Notes under the pieces: model-generated | What the model was told of the DNA's origin: nothing | Seen by the model: the letters and a program-made list of their open reading frames with translations, nothing else | Database searches by the model: none | Shown: piece by piece, positions 1-10,041 of the stretch | How positions within the stretch are numbered: position 1 is the first letter of the stretch | How the letters are laid out: each line of letters begins with the position of its first letter | Program-made: the position numbers and the translations under genes | Source: a phage | DNA length: 59,835 bases | Direction: 5' to 3' (one strand) | Sequence record: PZ445421.1

Positions 1-1599
1 ATGGACTCAATGATTCAAACACCGTCCACTAAGGTAGTATGGAAACCACATCCAGGATCTCAAGTACTGGCACTGAGTTGTCCAGCAGATGAGATTTTAT
101 ATCATGGTACTCGTGGCCCTGGAAAGACCGATGCTCAGTTGATGCGTTTTCGTCGTTATGTTGGCATGGGGTATGGTAAACACTGGCGCGGTATCATTTT
201 TGACCGAGAATACAAAAACTTAGATGACTTAGTTGCAAAGTCACAGCGTTGGTTTCCTGAATTTAATGATGGTTGTAAATTCTTATCTTCCAAGTCAGAT
301 TATAAATGGGTGTGGCCTAGCGGCGAAGAACTAATGTTCCGTGTTGCTAAAAAGCCTAAGGATTACTGGCTGTACCACGGTCAGGAATTTCCATTTATTG
401 GATGGAACGAATTAACTAAATATCCTGATAGTGGGCTTTATGAAGCAATGAAGTCCTGTAACCGTACATCATTTGTTGCAGAAGAAAACCCGATAATTAT
501 TGACGGTGATGTGTATCGGAGAACTGGACGTCTTGTGCTTGTTCAGCCAGACCATGAATACGCAATGCAGTTCATACTGCCACCTTTGCCGTTGCAGATC
601 TTTTCTACGACTAACCCATTTGGAGTTGGACATAACTGGGTCAAGAAATATTTTATTAACTCTTGCCCTCTTGGGTCCATGAAGAAGGAAGTGACAAACG
701 TCTTCAACCCGCGTACACAGAAACGGGAAGACGTAGTTCGAACTCGCTGCCATATATTTGGTTCGTATCGAGAGAACCGCAACTTGACACCAGAATATGT
801 TGCGCAGCTTGTAAACATTGACGATCCTAACCTCCGTATGGCATGGCTCGGTGGTAGCTGGGATATTACGTCAGGTGGGATGTTCGACGACCTGTGGCGC
901 CAGAATATACATGTGGTCAAACCATTTCCAATACCTCACTCCTGGAGAATTGATAGATCATTTGACTGGGGCTCAAGTAAACCGTTCTCTGTTGGTTGGT
1001 GGGCAAGAAGTGATGGTAGCGATATCGTGTATCCAAATGGGCGTCGTGTACGAACAGTACGAGGTGACTTATTTAGGATCATGGAATGGTATGGTACTAA
1101 CGGAAAACCGAACGAAGGTTTAAGATTATTGGATTCTGAAATTGCTCGTGGTATCATCGTCAGGGAAATTGAAGCTGGTTTATACGGTCGCGTAGTTCCA
1201 GGCCCTGCTGATAACAGCATTTGGGACGTTAAGGACGGTAACAGTACCGCAGCAACAATGTCTAAGCCAATAACTATCAATGGTCGGTCTTATCCTGGTG
1301 TACAGTGGATCCGAAGTGATAAATCCCCTGGATCACGTAAAGCAGGTTGGAAGCGAATGCGGGAATATTTAGCTGCTTCAATTCCGGATCCTAAGGTTGC
1401 CGCTTTGCGTGAAAGACCTTCTATGTTTATTTTTGACAACTGTCATCATTTTATAGATCTTGTTCCAACTCTTGCTAGAGACGAAGATGATCTTGATGAT
1501 GTCGATACTGATTCTGAGGACCACATTGCTGACGAAGCTCGTTATCGCGTAGCCAACGAAGCACGTGGCGGTAGTATCGGTAAGACTGTTGGAACATAA
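1..1599 (+). CDS. terL: terminase large subunit
   Basis: 532-aa ORF with N-terminal P-loop 'GTRGPGKT', Walker-B-like 'FIGWNE' and acidic C-terminal nuclease-like region; followed 12 nt later by the portal gene; small-terminase-like ORF lies at the window 3' end. Confidence 0.85.
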   Translation: MDSMIQTPSTKVVWKPHPGSQVLALSCPADEILYHGTRGPGKTDAQLMRFRRYVGMGYGKHWRGIIFDREYKNLDDLVAKSQRWFPEFNDGCKFLSSKSDYKWVWPSGEELMFRVAKKPKDYWLYHGQEFPFIGWNELTKYPDSGLYEAMKSCNRTSFVAEENPIIIDGDVYRRTGRLVLVQPDHEYAMQFILPPLPLQIFSTTNPFGVGHNWVKKYFINSCPLGSMKKEVTNVFNPRTQKREDVVRTRCHIFGSYRENRNLTPEYVAQLVNIDDPNLRMAWLGGSWDITSGGMFDDLWRQNIHVVKPFPIPHSWRIDRSFDWGSSKPFSVGWWARSDGSDIVYPNGRRVRTVRGDLFRIMEWYGTNGKPNEGLRLLDSEIARGIIVREIEAGLYGRVVPGPADNSIWDVKDGNSTAATMSKPITINGRSYPGVQWIRSDKSPGSRKAGWKRMREYLAASIPDPKVAALRERPSMFIFDNCHHFIDLVPTLARDEDDLDDVDTDSEDHIADEARYRVANEARGGSIGKTVGT

Positions 1600-1611
1600 G
1601 GAGTTTAACAG

Positions 1612-3138
1612 ATGGCCATTTCTTCGGTTCATCCTAAATATTTACAGTTTAGTGCATTATGGTTGAAGATGCGGGACTGTTTTCTTGGAGCTGACCACAT
1701 CAAAGCTCAAGGCACTTTGTATCTTCCACCGACACCTGCTATGCGTTATGACGGTATGAAACCAGGCGAAGATGGCTATATCCGTTACAACGATTATAAA
1801 GAACGTGCAGTGTTCCCGGAGTATGTCGCTGATGCGGTAGTTAATCACAGTGGTATGCTTCATAGTAAGTCAGCTATCATTCAGTTACCTGCTGCAATGG
1901 AACCCCTTCGTCAATCTGCTACCAGCAAGCGCGAAGGTTTAGATCAGCTACTACGCCGTATAAACGAGCTACAGCTACGCGATGGTCGTCTTGGCCTTCT
2001 GTTGGAGCTGCCAGCGGGAAGTACCCGTGATACGTTGCCGTACATCGCAGTATACGAGGCGTTAAGTATACGAAACTGGGACGACGGTGAAGATGATCTT
2101 GGTTCACTTAACCTTAACCTAGTTGTTCTGGATGAGTCCAAAGAAGTATTGGACAAGACTTCACTTGATTGGACTTATAAAGTTCAATATCGAGTTCTTG
2201 TTCTTGGAAGCGCCAATGTAGACGAACCGACAGATAGCGGTTACGTGTATGGGCAGTACATGACAGAACTACTTCCTGGTGAAGATGACGAACCAGAAGA
2301 GGTGAGCTCTGACGTTGTAGTCCCTCAGTATAAAGGTACTCCGCTTGAGCAGATACCTTTCGTATTTTGTAACGCTATGGACTTAGTCCCAGAACCAGAT
2401 AAACCACCGCTACTTGCATTAGCAAACAGATGCATTTCCATTTATCATGGTGAAGCTGATTATCGACAGGCTTTGTTTATGCAGAGCCAGGATACGCTGG
2501 TTGTTCGCGGTGGTATTACGAACAGTGACGCAGTTGATGATAAAGCTCCTGTTCGTGTTGGTGCTGGTGCTCGTATTGATGTATCTCCAGACGGTGATGC
2601 TAAATACATTGGTACTAATTCACAAGGTTTACCGGAGCAACGTAAAGCACTTGAAGCTGACCATAAAGACGCTCAGACCCGTTCCGGGCATTTAACCAGT
2701 GCAGAAAGTGCTTCTCAAGAATCTGGCGATGCTCTGGAAACACGTCTTATCACTAAGACTGCTTCATTAGTTGGTATTGCTAAGACTGGTGCTGCTGCGT
2801 TAGAAAAAATCCTTCGTATTTGTGCTATATGGATGGGATTAAATCCAGACGAAGTTAAAGTTACACCTAACCTTGACTTCAGCAAAGCTAATATTGAAGG
2901 CCAGGAATTGGTGCAGGTGCAGACTGCCAAGAATCTTGGTGCTCCGTTATGTGCTGAGTCTATGCACAATTGGTTGCAGGATAAGGGAATGACCTCTTTG
3001 ACGTTTGAAGAGGAGATGAAACGGCTTGAGGAGGAGCGCAAAGAATACCCGTTCCTTTTACCTCAAGTTAAAAACGATCAGAACCAAATCCAGCAAACAA
3101 CTGGAGAACAGACGGGGAATGCAAATGCCGCTAAGTAA
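1612..3138 (+). CDS. portal protein
   Basis: 508-aa ORF directly after terL, SD 'AAGGAG' upstream; size and synteny typical of portal; no motif-level proof. Confidence 0.7.
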   Translation: MAISSVHPKYLQFSALWLKMRDCFLGADHIKAQGTLYLPPTPAMRYDGMKPGEDGYIRYNDYKERAVFPEYVADAVVNHSGMLHSKSAIIQLPAAMEPLRQSATSKREGLDQLLRRINELQLRDGRLGLLLELPAGSTRDTLPYIAVYEALSIRNWDDGEDDLGSLNLNLVVLDESKEVLDKTSLDWTYKVQYRVLVLGSANVDEPTDSGYVYGQYMTELLPGEDDEPEEVSSDVVVPQYKGTPLEQIPFVFCNAMDLVPEPDKPPLLALANRCISIYHGEADYRQALFMQSQDTLVVRGGITNSDAVDDKAPVRVGAGARIDVSPDGDAKYIGTNSQGLPEQRKALEADHKDAQTRSGHLTSAESASQESGDALETRLITKTASLVGIAKTGAAALEKILRICAIWMGLNPDEVKVTPNLDFSKANIEGQELVQVQTAKNLGAPLCAESMHNWLQDKGMTSLTFEEEMKRLEEERKEYPFLLPQVKNDQNQIQQTTGEQTGNANAAK

Positions 3139-3210
3139 AGGCGTGCAGCGTAAAGCAAAAGCCAAGAGTAAAAAATAGTTGCTTCATTCTTAATGATGTA
3201 TTAGTTTTAT

Positions 3211-3241
3211 AGCGCGGTAGAACGGTCTATCGCGCTTTTTA
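3211..3241 (+). terminator. rho-independent terminator (11-bp stem with one G.U, tetraloop, T5 run)
   Basis: AGCGCGGTAGA-acgg-TCTATCGCGCT followed by TTTTT, between portal stop and scaffold start. Confidence 0.55.
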
Positions 3242-3268
3242 GTGGAACGGTCCACAATGGAGAATTTT

Positions 3269-4147
3269 ATGAACAAATATCACATTCATCTAGCGGTAGC
3301 TTATTCCGCTGGCTTCTTCCAGTCTATGCCTCGTTTTGGTGCATTGGAACTTGAATATACTTCTGAAGATGAAATCCCGGAAAACGCGCGTGAGTATTAT
3401 TCCCAAGAAGGCGATAAGTGGATCCTCACTGGTGTAAAGGGTGGTGGCAAACAGAATATTGACAGGTTGCAATCTGCACTTGAAAAAGAACGCAACGATC
3501 ATAAAGCGGTCAAGAGTAAGCTAAGTAAGCTGAACGGACGTGATATTGACGAACTCTTGCAGCGCGACGCTGAATATGAAGAGCTTAAACTGCGTGCGGA
3601 TAAAGTTGATGATGAAAAGTTGGAGCAAATCATTAACGTACGAATCCGTAACAAGTTAACTCCGCTTGAGCGTGAACGTGACGAGCTGAAAAACAAACTT
3701 TCTACCTATGAGAAGCAAGTAGAAGAGCTGACCACAAAAGAGAAGAACCGCATCGTTAAGACCGCTCTTAGCAAGGCTGCAATGTCTGCTAAAGTGATCA
3801 CGGAAGCTATTGACGACGTGGAACTGATTGGTTCTCGTTTGTTTGAGCTCACCGAAGACGGTCAGGTTGTGACACGCGACGGTGTGGGCGTAACTCCTGG
3901 CATCACTCCAGAAATGTGGTTACAGGACATTCAAGATAAGAAACCTCACTGGTTCCCTGGAAACGTTGGCGGTGGTGCTGGTGGCTCGCGTACTCCTGGC
4001 GCTGCTGGTAAGAACCCGTGGAGTGCCGACGGTTGGAACCTTACTGAGCAGGGTAAAATTCTTCGTGAAAATCCTGAAAAAGCAGGCCGTTTGGCAGCCA
4101 TGGCTGGTGTGGACTTGAAGCGTCCAGTACGTCCAGTTAAAAAATAA
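3269..4147 (+). CDS. putative head scaffolding protein
   Basis: Track ORF 3242..4147 begins at GTG; internal ATG at 3269 has SD 'GGAG'; long charged coiled-coil-like central region and Gly-rich C-terminus, positioned between portal and major capsid genes. Confidence 0.5.
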   Translation: MNKYHIHLAVAYSAGFFQSMPRFGALELEYTSEDEIPENAREYYSQEGDKWILTGVKGGGKQNIDRLQSALEKERNDHKAVKSKLSKLNGRDIDELLQRDAEYEELKLRADKVDDEKLEQIINVRIRNKLTPLERERDELKNKLSTYEKQVEELTTKEKNRIVKTALSKAAMSAKVITEAIDDVELIGSRLFELTEDGQVVTRDGVGVTPGITPEMWLQDIQDKKPHWFPGNVGGGAGGSRTPGAAGKNPWSADGWNLTEQGKILRENPEKAGRLAAMAGVDLKRPVRPVKK

Positions 4148-4166
4148 TAAAATTTGTTGACACTCC

Positions 4167-4199
4167 CTCCGGTTGGTGTTAGTTTTACATCAACCGGAG
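4167..4199 (+). other. stem-loop (9-bp perfect inverted repeat CTCCGGTTG/CAACCGGAG, 15-nt loop) with no U-tract
   Basis: Read directly; lies between scaffold stop and capsid start, adjacent to a TTGACA hexamer at 4158-4163. Confidence 0.3.
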
Positions 4200-4285
4200 C
4201 ACGGGCTCCGATCAATCAAGGATTATTGGAGCCTCCCACGGCGGTAGAGTTCCAAAGTAAATCGATTAACTTTGCGGAGACTACC

Positions 4286-5389
4286 ATGTCTAAAATTCTG
4301 TCAGCTCCGATGCTTAATTTACGAGCTACAAATTCAATTCTTCTGTCTGCTGTTCGTCGTGGTGCGATCACTGAACTTGCAGATGTTATCGTTCCAGAGA
4401 TCTTCGTACCATATGTGCAGAACCGCACAACTGAAAAGTCCCGACTGATTCAGTCTGGTGCTATTGAGATTTCTGAGCGTCTTAACGCTGCATTGATGGG
4501 TGAAGGTACTACCTTTAACCAGCGTTTCTTTAAAGACCTGGATCGTGACGAAGAAAACGTTTCAAGCGCAAGCGATGCAACCGATTCTACTCCTGGCGGT
4601 ATCAAATCCGGGCGTGAAATCCAGATCCGTCTGTCCCGTAACCATTCATGGGGTTCTGCGGACCTGCTGGACAGCCTGATCTCCCCTGACCCGCTGGATG
4701 CTATCATCAATCTGGTGGCAAGCTACCGTCAGAGCCGTCTGCAACGTGCATTCGTTGCAACTGTAGGCGGTGTGTTTGCTATGAACGCCGCTGCTCCGAC
4801 TGGTTCCGGTGATAAGAAGTCCACCCATGTTCAGAACGATATGACCCATGACATCTCTGGTTCATCCTTCACCGATGGTGTGACTAACTTCAACCCGGCC
4901 GGTGTTATCCTGGCTGCTGGTACTATGGGTGACTCCCTGAACGAGCTGTCTATGATGATGGTACACAGTGTGGTATACCAGCGTATGCAGCTTATGAACC
5001 TGATCGACTTCATCCCGGATGCTCGTGCTGAAGTAATGATCCCGACCTACATGGGCCGTGAAGTTATCGTTGATGATATGATGCCTCACGATGGTGGTAA
5101 GTACGAAACCTGGCTGGTTGGTCGTGGTGCATTCCAGTTAGGTGTCGGTTCACCGAAAGTTCCTGTTGAAACTGAACGTAAACCTGCATCCTACAAAGGT
5201 GGTGGTTCTGAAATCCTGTTCCACCGCTGGGAAAACATCATTCACCCTGTCGGTCACGCATGGGTTGGTACTGCTGCTGAAGGTGGTCCGGATAACGCCG
5301 CTCTGAAGACTGCTACTAACTGGGCTCGTGTATTCCCTGAGCGTAAACAGATTAAGATTGCTCGCCTGATCACTCGCGAACACGCTTAA
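4286..5389 (+). CDS. major capsid protein
   Basis: Track ORF 4154..5389 starts at TTG inside the hairpin; internal ATG 4286 has SD 'GGAGA'; 367 aa, position after scaffold, followed by strong terminator. Confidence 0.7.
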   Translation: MSKILSAPMLNLRATNSILLSAVRRGAITELADVIVPEIFVPYVQNRTTEKSRLIQSGAIEISERLNAALMGEGTTFNQRFFKDLDRDEENVSSASDATDSTPGGIKSGREIQIRLSRNHSWGSADLLDSLISPDPLDAIINLVASYRQSRLQRAFVATVGGVFAMNAAAPTGSGDKKSTHVQNDMTHDISGSSFTDGVTNFNPAGVILAAGTMGDSLNELSMMMVHSVVYQRMQLMNLIDFIPDARAEVMIPTYMGREVIVDDMMPHDGGKYETWLVGRGAFQLGVGSPKVPVETERKPASYKGGGSEILFHRWENIIHPVGHAWVGTAAEGGPDNAALKTATNWARVFPERKQIKIARLITREHA

Positions 5390-5407
5390 TGCTTTAGCCA
5401 TGTAATT

Positions 5408-5434
5408 AAAGGGGCCTATATGGTCCCTTTTTGT
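5408..5434 (+). terminator. rho-independent terminator
   Basis: AAAGGGGCC-tatat-GGTCCCTTT then TTTTG, immediately after capsid stop. Confidence 0.6.
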
Positions 5435-5445
5435 TAGGAGGAAAC

Positions 5446-5526
5446 ATGCGTTATCAACGTTATTCAAGACATCGTCGTTATGTACGTCATGAACGTCTCG
5501 GTTCAGATGCAACACCTAAAGAGTAG
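5446..5526 (+). CDS. small Arg-rich basic peptide (26 aa), unannotated in ORF track
   Basis: ATG 5446 preceded by SD 'AGGAGG'; encodes MRYQRYSRHRRYVRHERLGSDATPKE; flanked by two intrinsic terminators. Confidence 0.3.
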   Translation: MRYQRYSRHRRYVRHERLGSDATPKE

Positions 5527-5573
5527 ATTGAGACTGTTGAAGTATAAACGTTAAATTGCTAGATGTTTTAAAG

Positions 5574-5607
5574 GGTGTTACACTTCGCTTGTAACACCTT
5601 TTATTTT
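5574..5607 (+). terminator. rho-independent terminator
   Basis: GGTGTTACA-cttcgct-TGTAACACC followed by TTTTATTTT. Confidence 0.65.
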
Positions 5608-5616
5608 GAGGAATGA

Positions 5617-6288
5617 ATGATGAAAGACAAGATCATTGAAGGGCTTCGTAAACTCAACGTTGAGAATGACAATCATTGGACTGCCGATGGCCTGCCTAAA
5701 ATTGAAGCATTGAAGTTTACAGTTGGCCCGTCCGTCACGCGAGAAGATGTCAATTCTGTTGCGCCTGAGTTCACTCGTTCAAATCCTGTAATTGAGGACG
5801 TCGAACATGAAGAAAAGCATGACACTTCCTCATTGCAGGAAACCGAACAGACGGAAGTTATTGCAGATACCGACAATGCACAATATGAGTCCTTATCTAA
5901 GGCTGAAGCAGATAAGGAAACTGTTAACGGTAAATCGATTGTCACTACGCGAATAGCTTTAGAAGTCAACGTGAGCGATGCAGTTAAAGCAATACTCAAA
6001 GATATTCCAGATATTGACTTTGACACTGTTTCTGTGGAAGAGCTTAAAGAATATGAAAAAGTTCTTTCGGAACAAGTGAACGCAGACAACCAGATGTTAT
6101 CTGCAATGCACGAACTTGTTGAATCTCGTGCTAAACTGTACGCAAAAGTCAACACTGAAATTGAACGTCGTAAGCCTAAGACCGAGCTGGCTCACACGTT
6201 AGCATCTTTCCGCGATCAGATGGCACAAATCCCACATGTGGTCAATCAGCCTCGTATGGTTGTTCGTAACGGTATTCGTACTCGTTAA
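5617..6288 (+). CDS. hypothetical protein (acidic, head module)
   Basis: 223-aa ORF in the morphogenesis operon; no motif recognised. Confidence 0.5.
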   Translation: MMKDKIIEGLRKLNVENDNHWTADGLPKIEALKFTVGPSVTREDVNSVAPEFTRSNPVIEDVEHEEKHDTSSLQETEQTEVIADTDNAQYESLSKAEADKETVNGKSIVTTRIALEVNVSDAVKAILKDIPDIDFDTVSVEELKEYEKVLSEQVNADNQMLSAMHELVESRAKLYAKVNTEIERRKPKTELAHTLASFRDQMAQIPHVVNQPRMVVRNGIRTR

Positions 6289-6296
6289 GGTGACAT

Positions 6297-6626
6297 ATGG
6301 TATTTCGAACAGACAAAAAGTTCCTGTTTCATATGATGCAACGTAACAGACGTCGTCGAGATGCCACGTTGAATCCTGTAAGTGGTGTCCTGGGGTGGGT
6401 AACACCGCCCCCGTCGACAGGTGTCGTATATACCGGTTACGCCATGACGTGGCAGAATGGCCAAACACCTTACGTTGTGCAGGTCTTTAAAGATAAAAAG
6501 TTGGTCTCACAGAATCAGTTTGATTTGCAGACCTTCACAATTAACAAATCGTCCGCTGCAAGATACGATATTAAAATTATAAGTGCAGACGGTCAGATTC
6601 TTAATGGTACAATAGATATTGCGTGA
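6297..6626 (+). CDS. hypothetical protein (head module)
   Basis: 109-aa ORF, SD-like 'AAGGTGA' upstream. Confidence 0.45.
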   Translation: MVFRTDKKFLFHMMQRNRRRRDATLNPVSGVLGWVTPPPSTGVVYTGYAMTWQNGQTPYVVQVFKDKKLVSQNQFDLQTFTINKSSAARYDIKIISADGQILNGTIDIA

Positions 6627-6633
6627 GGCGCCT

Positions 6634-7137
6634 ATGACTGTAACTATCATTGTCGAAGATGGGTCTTGTGTACCTAATGCAAATAGCTATATTGATGTCG
6701 AATATGCTACGCAGTATTTAGAAGACCGTGGGGTTACTGTCCCGGCGGAAGATAAGTTGAAACCCATGCTTATCAACGCGATGGATTTCATGGAGAGTCT
6801 TAACCGTTATAAGGGTAAGCGCACCAACCAGGATCAGGAGCTACAATTCCCGCGCAGCGGCTTATACAGCGACGGTGTAGAGATTCCAGGTAACACCATA
6901 CCCGTAGCAATTAAGCGAGCACAGGCTCAACTGGTCGCGGATACGGTACAGAGCGGTAAGCCATTATTAAGTAACAGTACCAGTTATGCACTGAAAAAGC
7001 GTATTCTTGGACCGCTGACGCTTGAATATGCAGTTGGTCAGAGTGCTGTATTAGAAAGTGCAACACCACACCCGCGTTTCTGGGCTTTGATTAATGACTA
7101 TCTGCGAAGCTCTAGCTCAAAAGGAGTAATGCGATGA
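6634..7137 (+). CDS. putative head-tail connector/adaptor protein
   Basis: Track ORF starts at TTG 6619; ATG 6634 has SD 'GAGG'; position between capsid and tail genes; weak resemblance to gp6-like adaptors. Confidence 0.45.
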   Translation: MTVTIIVEDGSCVPNANSYIDVEYATQYLEDRGVTVPAEDKLKPMLINAMDFMESLNRYKGKRTNQDQELQFPRSGLYSDGVEIPGNTIPVAIKRAQAQLVADTVQSGKPLLSNSTSYALKKRILGPLTLEYAVGQSAVLESATPHPRFWALINDYLRSSSSKGVMR

Positions 7138-7508
7138 CAATTGCTTCAGAATTTATTGCAATGGCACATGAGATGTTGAACGACCAAGAAATTGGTTTTG
7201 ATGGAACACTCATTGTTAAAGTAAAAGAAGATGGAAGTGAATCAAAGCCTTGGGCTCCGACTTTTAAAGAACAAGAAGTACCACTGCGTTTGTTCTATGA
7301 CGAGCAGTCAAAGACTAACGTAAACGGTAGTATAGTTCTTAAAGGTGAAAAGGTCTTTATCACTTACGAACCGGACGGTATTAGTCTGGAAGATTGCATT
7401 GGTTTTAAATTTATTGACCACAAAGGGCGCTCGTTCGTTGTTAATGCAGTTGAGCCTATCGGTGCGGGTGGAACTACAATCATTAGTTACGTTAAAGTTG
7501 GTTCCTAA
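7134..7508 (+). CDS. hypothetical head-tail joining protein
   Basis: 124-aa ORF, overlapping start/stop with neighbours (translational coupling). Confidence 0.5.
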   Translation: MTIASEFIAMAHEMLNDQEIGFDGTLIVKVKEDGSESKPWAPTFKEQEVPLRLFYDEQSKTNVNGSIVLKGEKVFITYEPDGISLEDCIGFKFIDHKGRSFVVNAVEPIGAGGTTIISYVKVGS

Positions 7509-7927
7509 TGGCTAAGAAGAGCTTCCGTGATCAGTTTACCAGTGCTCAATTAAGAGCCATGCAAAAAGCCGCAGGTGAGGTAAAACAAAGACTTTATGGC
7601 TTCGTTAGTGCTGTTGTTGATGACACTCCTGTTAAGGACGGTGGATTACGCGGAAGTTGGCAGATACAGAAATCACCCGACCTTATTCAGGACAATCTGC
7701 CGGAAGACCCGTCCGGAGCTGCTACGAAACAAAGATTGTTTACTAAAATAAGATATCTCCCAATCCATCAAGATTGGGATATTTATTTTGGTAACGGTAA
7801 GCCTTATGCTCAGAAGATTGAATATGAAGGTTACAGTAAGCAGGCGCCTAACGGGATGTTGCGTAAGAACATCGCAAGAGGTGGACAAGCATTCAGTGGA
7901 TTTAAACTTGGGAGCTTTGATAAATGA
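7508..7927 (+). CDS. hypothetical tail-completion/neck protein
   Basis: 139-aa ORF, ATG overlaps upstream stop (TAATG). Confidence 0.5.
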   Translation: MAKKSFRDQFTSAQLRAMQKAAGEVKQRLYGFVSAVVDDTPVKDGGLRGSWQIQKSPDLIQDNLPEDPSGAATKQRLFTKIRYLPIHQDWDIYFGNGKPYAQKIEYEGYSKQAPNGMLRKNIARGGQAFSGFKLGSFDK

Positions 7928-8391
7928 TCCCGTATCCGTTTCATTGGGTCGAAGATACCCTGAAATCACACTTAGTGAATAACTATGCTGAAATGTCACA
8001 CGCTATGGCGTGGAAGAACTTGACATTTGATGCCAGCGTCTTTAAAGTGTGGTTAAAGATTATGAATACCCCATCCAGTGAAGACCCTGTAACGTTAGGC
8101 CCTTATGGCGATAATGAAATGCGTGGGTTTTTGCAGATTGGTGTGTATTCACAGCTGACTATCGGTATTGAAGAATCTAACGCTGTTCTTGGACATGTGA
8201 GTAAAATCTTTAGTGTACCAAGACAGCTCCAGGCACCGGACGGCTGCATGTTAAGACTGACAAGAAAGACGTTTTCTCAGGGCGGGCAGACGTCAATTGC
8301 AGACTTCACTCGCGGTGGCGTTGAAGGTGTTTGGGATGCTCAATATGTAACAATCTACTGGCTCGCACGTGAGCCTAAACAGAGGATATAA
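7924..8391 (+). CDS. hypothetical tail protein
   Basis: 155-aa ORF coupled to neighbours. Confidence 0.5.
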   Translation: MIPYPFHWVEDTLKSHLVNNYAEMSHAMAWKNLTFDASVFKVWLKIMNTPSSEDPVTLGPYGDNEMRGFLQIGVYSQLTIGIEESNAVLGHVSKIFSVPRQLQAPDGCMLRLTRKTFSQGGQTSIADFTRGGVEGVWDAQYVTIYWLAREPKQRI

Positions 8392-8393
8392 CG

Positions 8394-9569
8394 ATGGCTG
8401 AAGGTTCACGTTATAGTAGCTATTACATCAAAGAACAGACCTCCGGTGTCACTCCGTCTAGCGGAACTCTGAAGGTCTTTCGTGCTACTAAATCGGGTCT
8501 TGATATTAAAGTCGCTACTCTGCAATCTGAAGAAATTCGAGATGACGCGGAAGTGGCGGATTTCCGTCTTGGTGCTCGTCACGTAGAAGGTACAGCAACG
8601 GGTGAACTGTCTTATGGGACATTTGATGACCTGTTGGGTGGTGCGTTACGTGGTACGTTTGCGGGTGAAGTGCTGACCGCAGGCATCGAGCGCCAATCCT
8701 TTACTTTTATCGACTATAACGCAGATATTGCAGACTTCCCGTATACCATCTATCGCGGTTGTGAAGTTAACAGTCTTGCAATTACTGTAAGTGCTGAAGC
8801 TATCACCGGCGTGGAATTCGGTATCGTTGGTCGTACGATGGAACAAGCTGCTACCCTGCCGTCTGGTCTAAGTAAAGGTACTCGTACGACTACACCACCT
8901 ATGGATGGCTTCTCTGGTAAGCTGGCTATGGGCGATGTGTCCGTTGATGTTATTACTGAGATGGCTATTAACCTTGAGAACGGCATTGAGCCTCGCTTTG
9001 TTGTTGGTTCCAAGTTCTCCATTAAGCCAAGCTCTAAACGCCGTCAGATTAGTGGTACACTGACCGCCTACTACGAAGATAACAAACTGCGTAGTAAGTT
9101 CCTGAACGAACAGGAAAGTGACCTGACTATTGACATCCTGGACGGAACTACTGGTGCCGGTTATCGCTTCAGTATGCCCCGTATCAAGATTACGGAAGCT
9201 CCGCGTCCGATCGATGGTGAAGGCGATATTATGCTGAACATGAGCTATACTGGTCTGTTGGATCAGGAAGAAGGTTACAGCATTCGCATTACTAAACTTC
9301 CTCCGATGTCTTTCACGACGGATCTTACCGCAAACAAGACTATCACTAAAGGGCAAACGCTGACCCTTTCTGTTGTGGTCAAAGGTGGTGCAGAACCTTA
9401 TACCTACGTGTGGAAGAAAGGTGGTGTCGTTATTGGAGGTGCTAATCAAGCTACATTCACTAAAGCTAACGCACAACAGGCGGATGCTGGTCAGTATGTA
9501 TGTGAAGTAACAGATTCACATGGCCGTACTATACCGAGCACACCTTGCCTTGTTGCTGTTACTGGTTAG
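8394..9569 (+). CDS. major tail (tube) protein with C-terminal Ig-like domain
   Basis: 391 aa; C-terminal ~90 aa has Ig-like signature (...YTYVWKKGG...AGQYVCEVTD...); placed before chaperone pair and tape measure; followed by terminator. Confidence 0.7.
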   Translation: MAEGSRYSSYYIKEQTSGVTPSSGTLKVFRATKSGLDIKVATLQSEEIRDDAEVADFRLGARHVEGTATGELSYGTFDDLLGGALRGTFAGEVLTAGIERQSFTFIDYNADIADFPYTIYRGCEVNSLAITVSAEAITGVEFGIVGRTMEQAATLPSGLSKGTRTTTPPMDGFSGKLAMGDVSVDVITEMAINLENGIEPRFVVGSKFSIKPSSKRRQISGTLTAYYEDNKLRSKFLNEQESDLTIDILDGTTGAGYRFSMPRIKITEAPRPIDGEGDIMLNMSYTGLLDQEEGYSIRITKLPPMSFTTDLTANKTITKGQTLTLSVVVKGGAEPYTYVWKKGGVVIGGANQATFTKANAQQADAGQYVCEVTDSHGRTIPSTPCLVAVTG

Positions 9570-9576
9570 TAATTGG

Positions 9577-9602
9577 AACGGGGTGTAAACCCCGTTTTAT
9601 TA
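9577..9602 (+). terminator. rho-independent terminator
   Basis: AACGGGGT-gtaa-ACCCCGTT followed by TTAT-rich run. Confidence 0.6.
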
Positions 9603-9612
9603 AGGAACTATT

Positions 9613-10041
9613 ATGTCTTCAGAAAACAAACAAGTATCCACTGAAGTTGCAAAGAAAGCTGTTAGTGCATCTTTCCGTGACTTTAACTTGAAAAAGAAAT
9701 TAGAGAACGCTCCGCTGCTGCATTACCCGCTCGTTTTCCCAGGACAGGGCGATACAGGTCACTGGTTGAAAATTCGCAACCGCCACAGCGAAGAATTTCG
9801 TCAAGCGGATTTAAAAGCACAACGTCAGATTAGTGCGCTTGTCGTTGCTAACGGATCTTTTGAAAAGATTGATAAAGACATGCTCGACGATATCAATATG
9901 CGAGCGTTCTGTAAGTTGGTTGCTTCGTGGAGCTTCGAAGAAGAATGTAACGAAGACAATCTTCTTGAATTCTTTGATAATAACCCGTTTGCGTATGACG
10001 ACATCAATCGTCTGGCAGCGCAAGATTCCCTTTTTTTCTAA
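9613..10041 (+). CDS. tail assembly chaperone (G-like)
   Basis: 142-aa ORF immediately upstream of tape measure; ends ...SLFF with a T7 run just before the stop. Confidence 0.65.
   Translation: MSSENKQVSTEVAKKAVSASFRDFNLKKKLENAPLLHYPLVFPGQGDTGHWLKIRNRHSEEFRQADLKAQRQISALVVANGSFEKIDKDMLDDINMRAFCKLVASWSFEEECNEDNLLEFFDNNPFAYDDINRLAAQDSLFF

Noticed and set aside
469-1280. Several 60-125-aa ORFs on both strands inside terL (469..753-, 500..682+, 543..920-, 818..1123+, 936..1280-)
   Set aside because: Fully embedded in a long, motif-supported gene; no SD or independent signals; typical shadow ORFs
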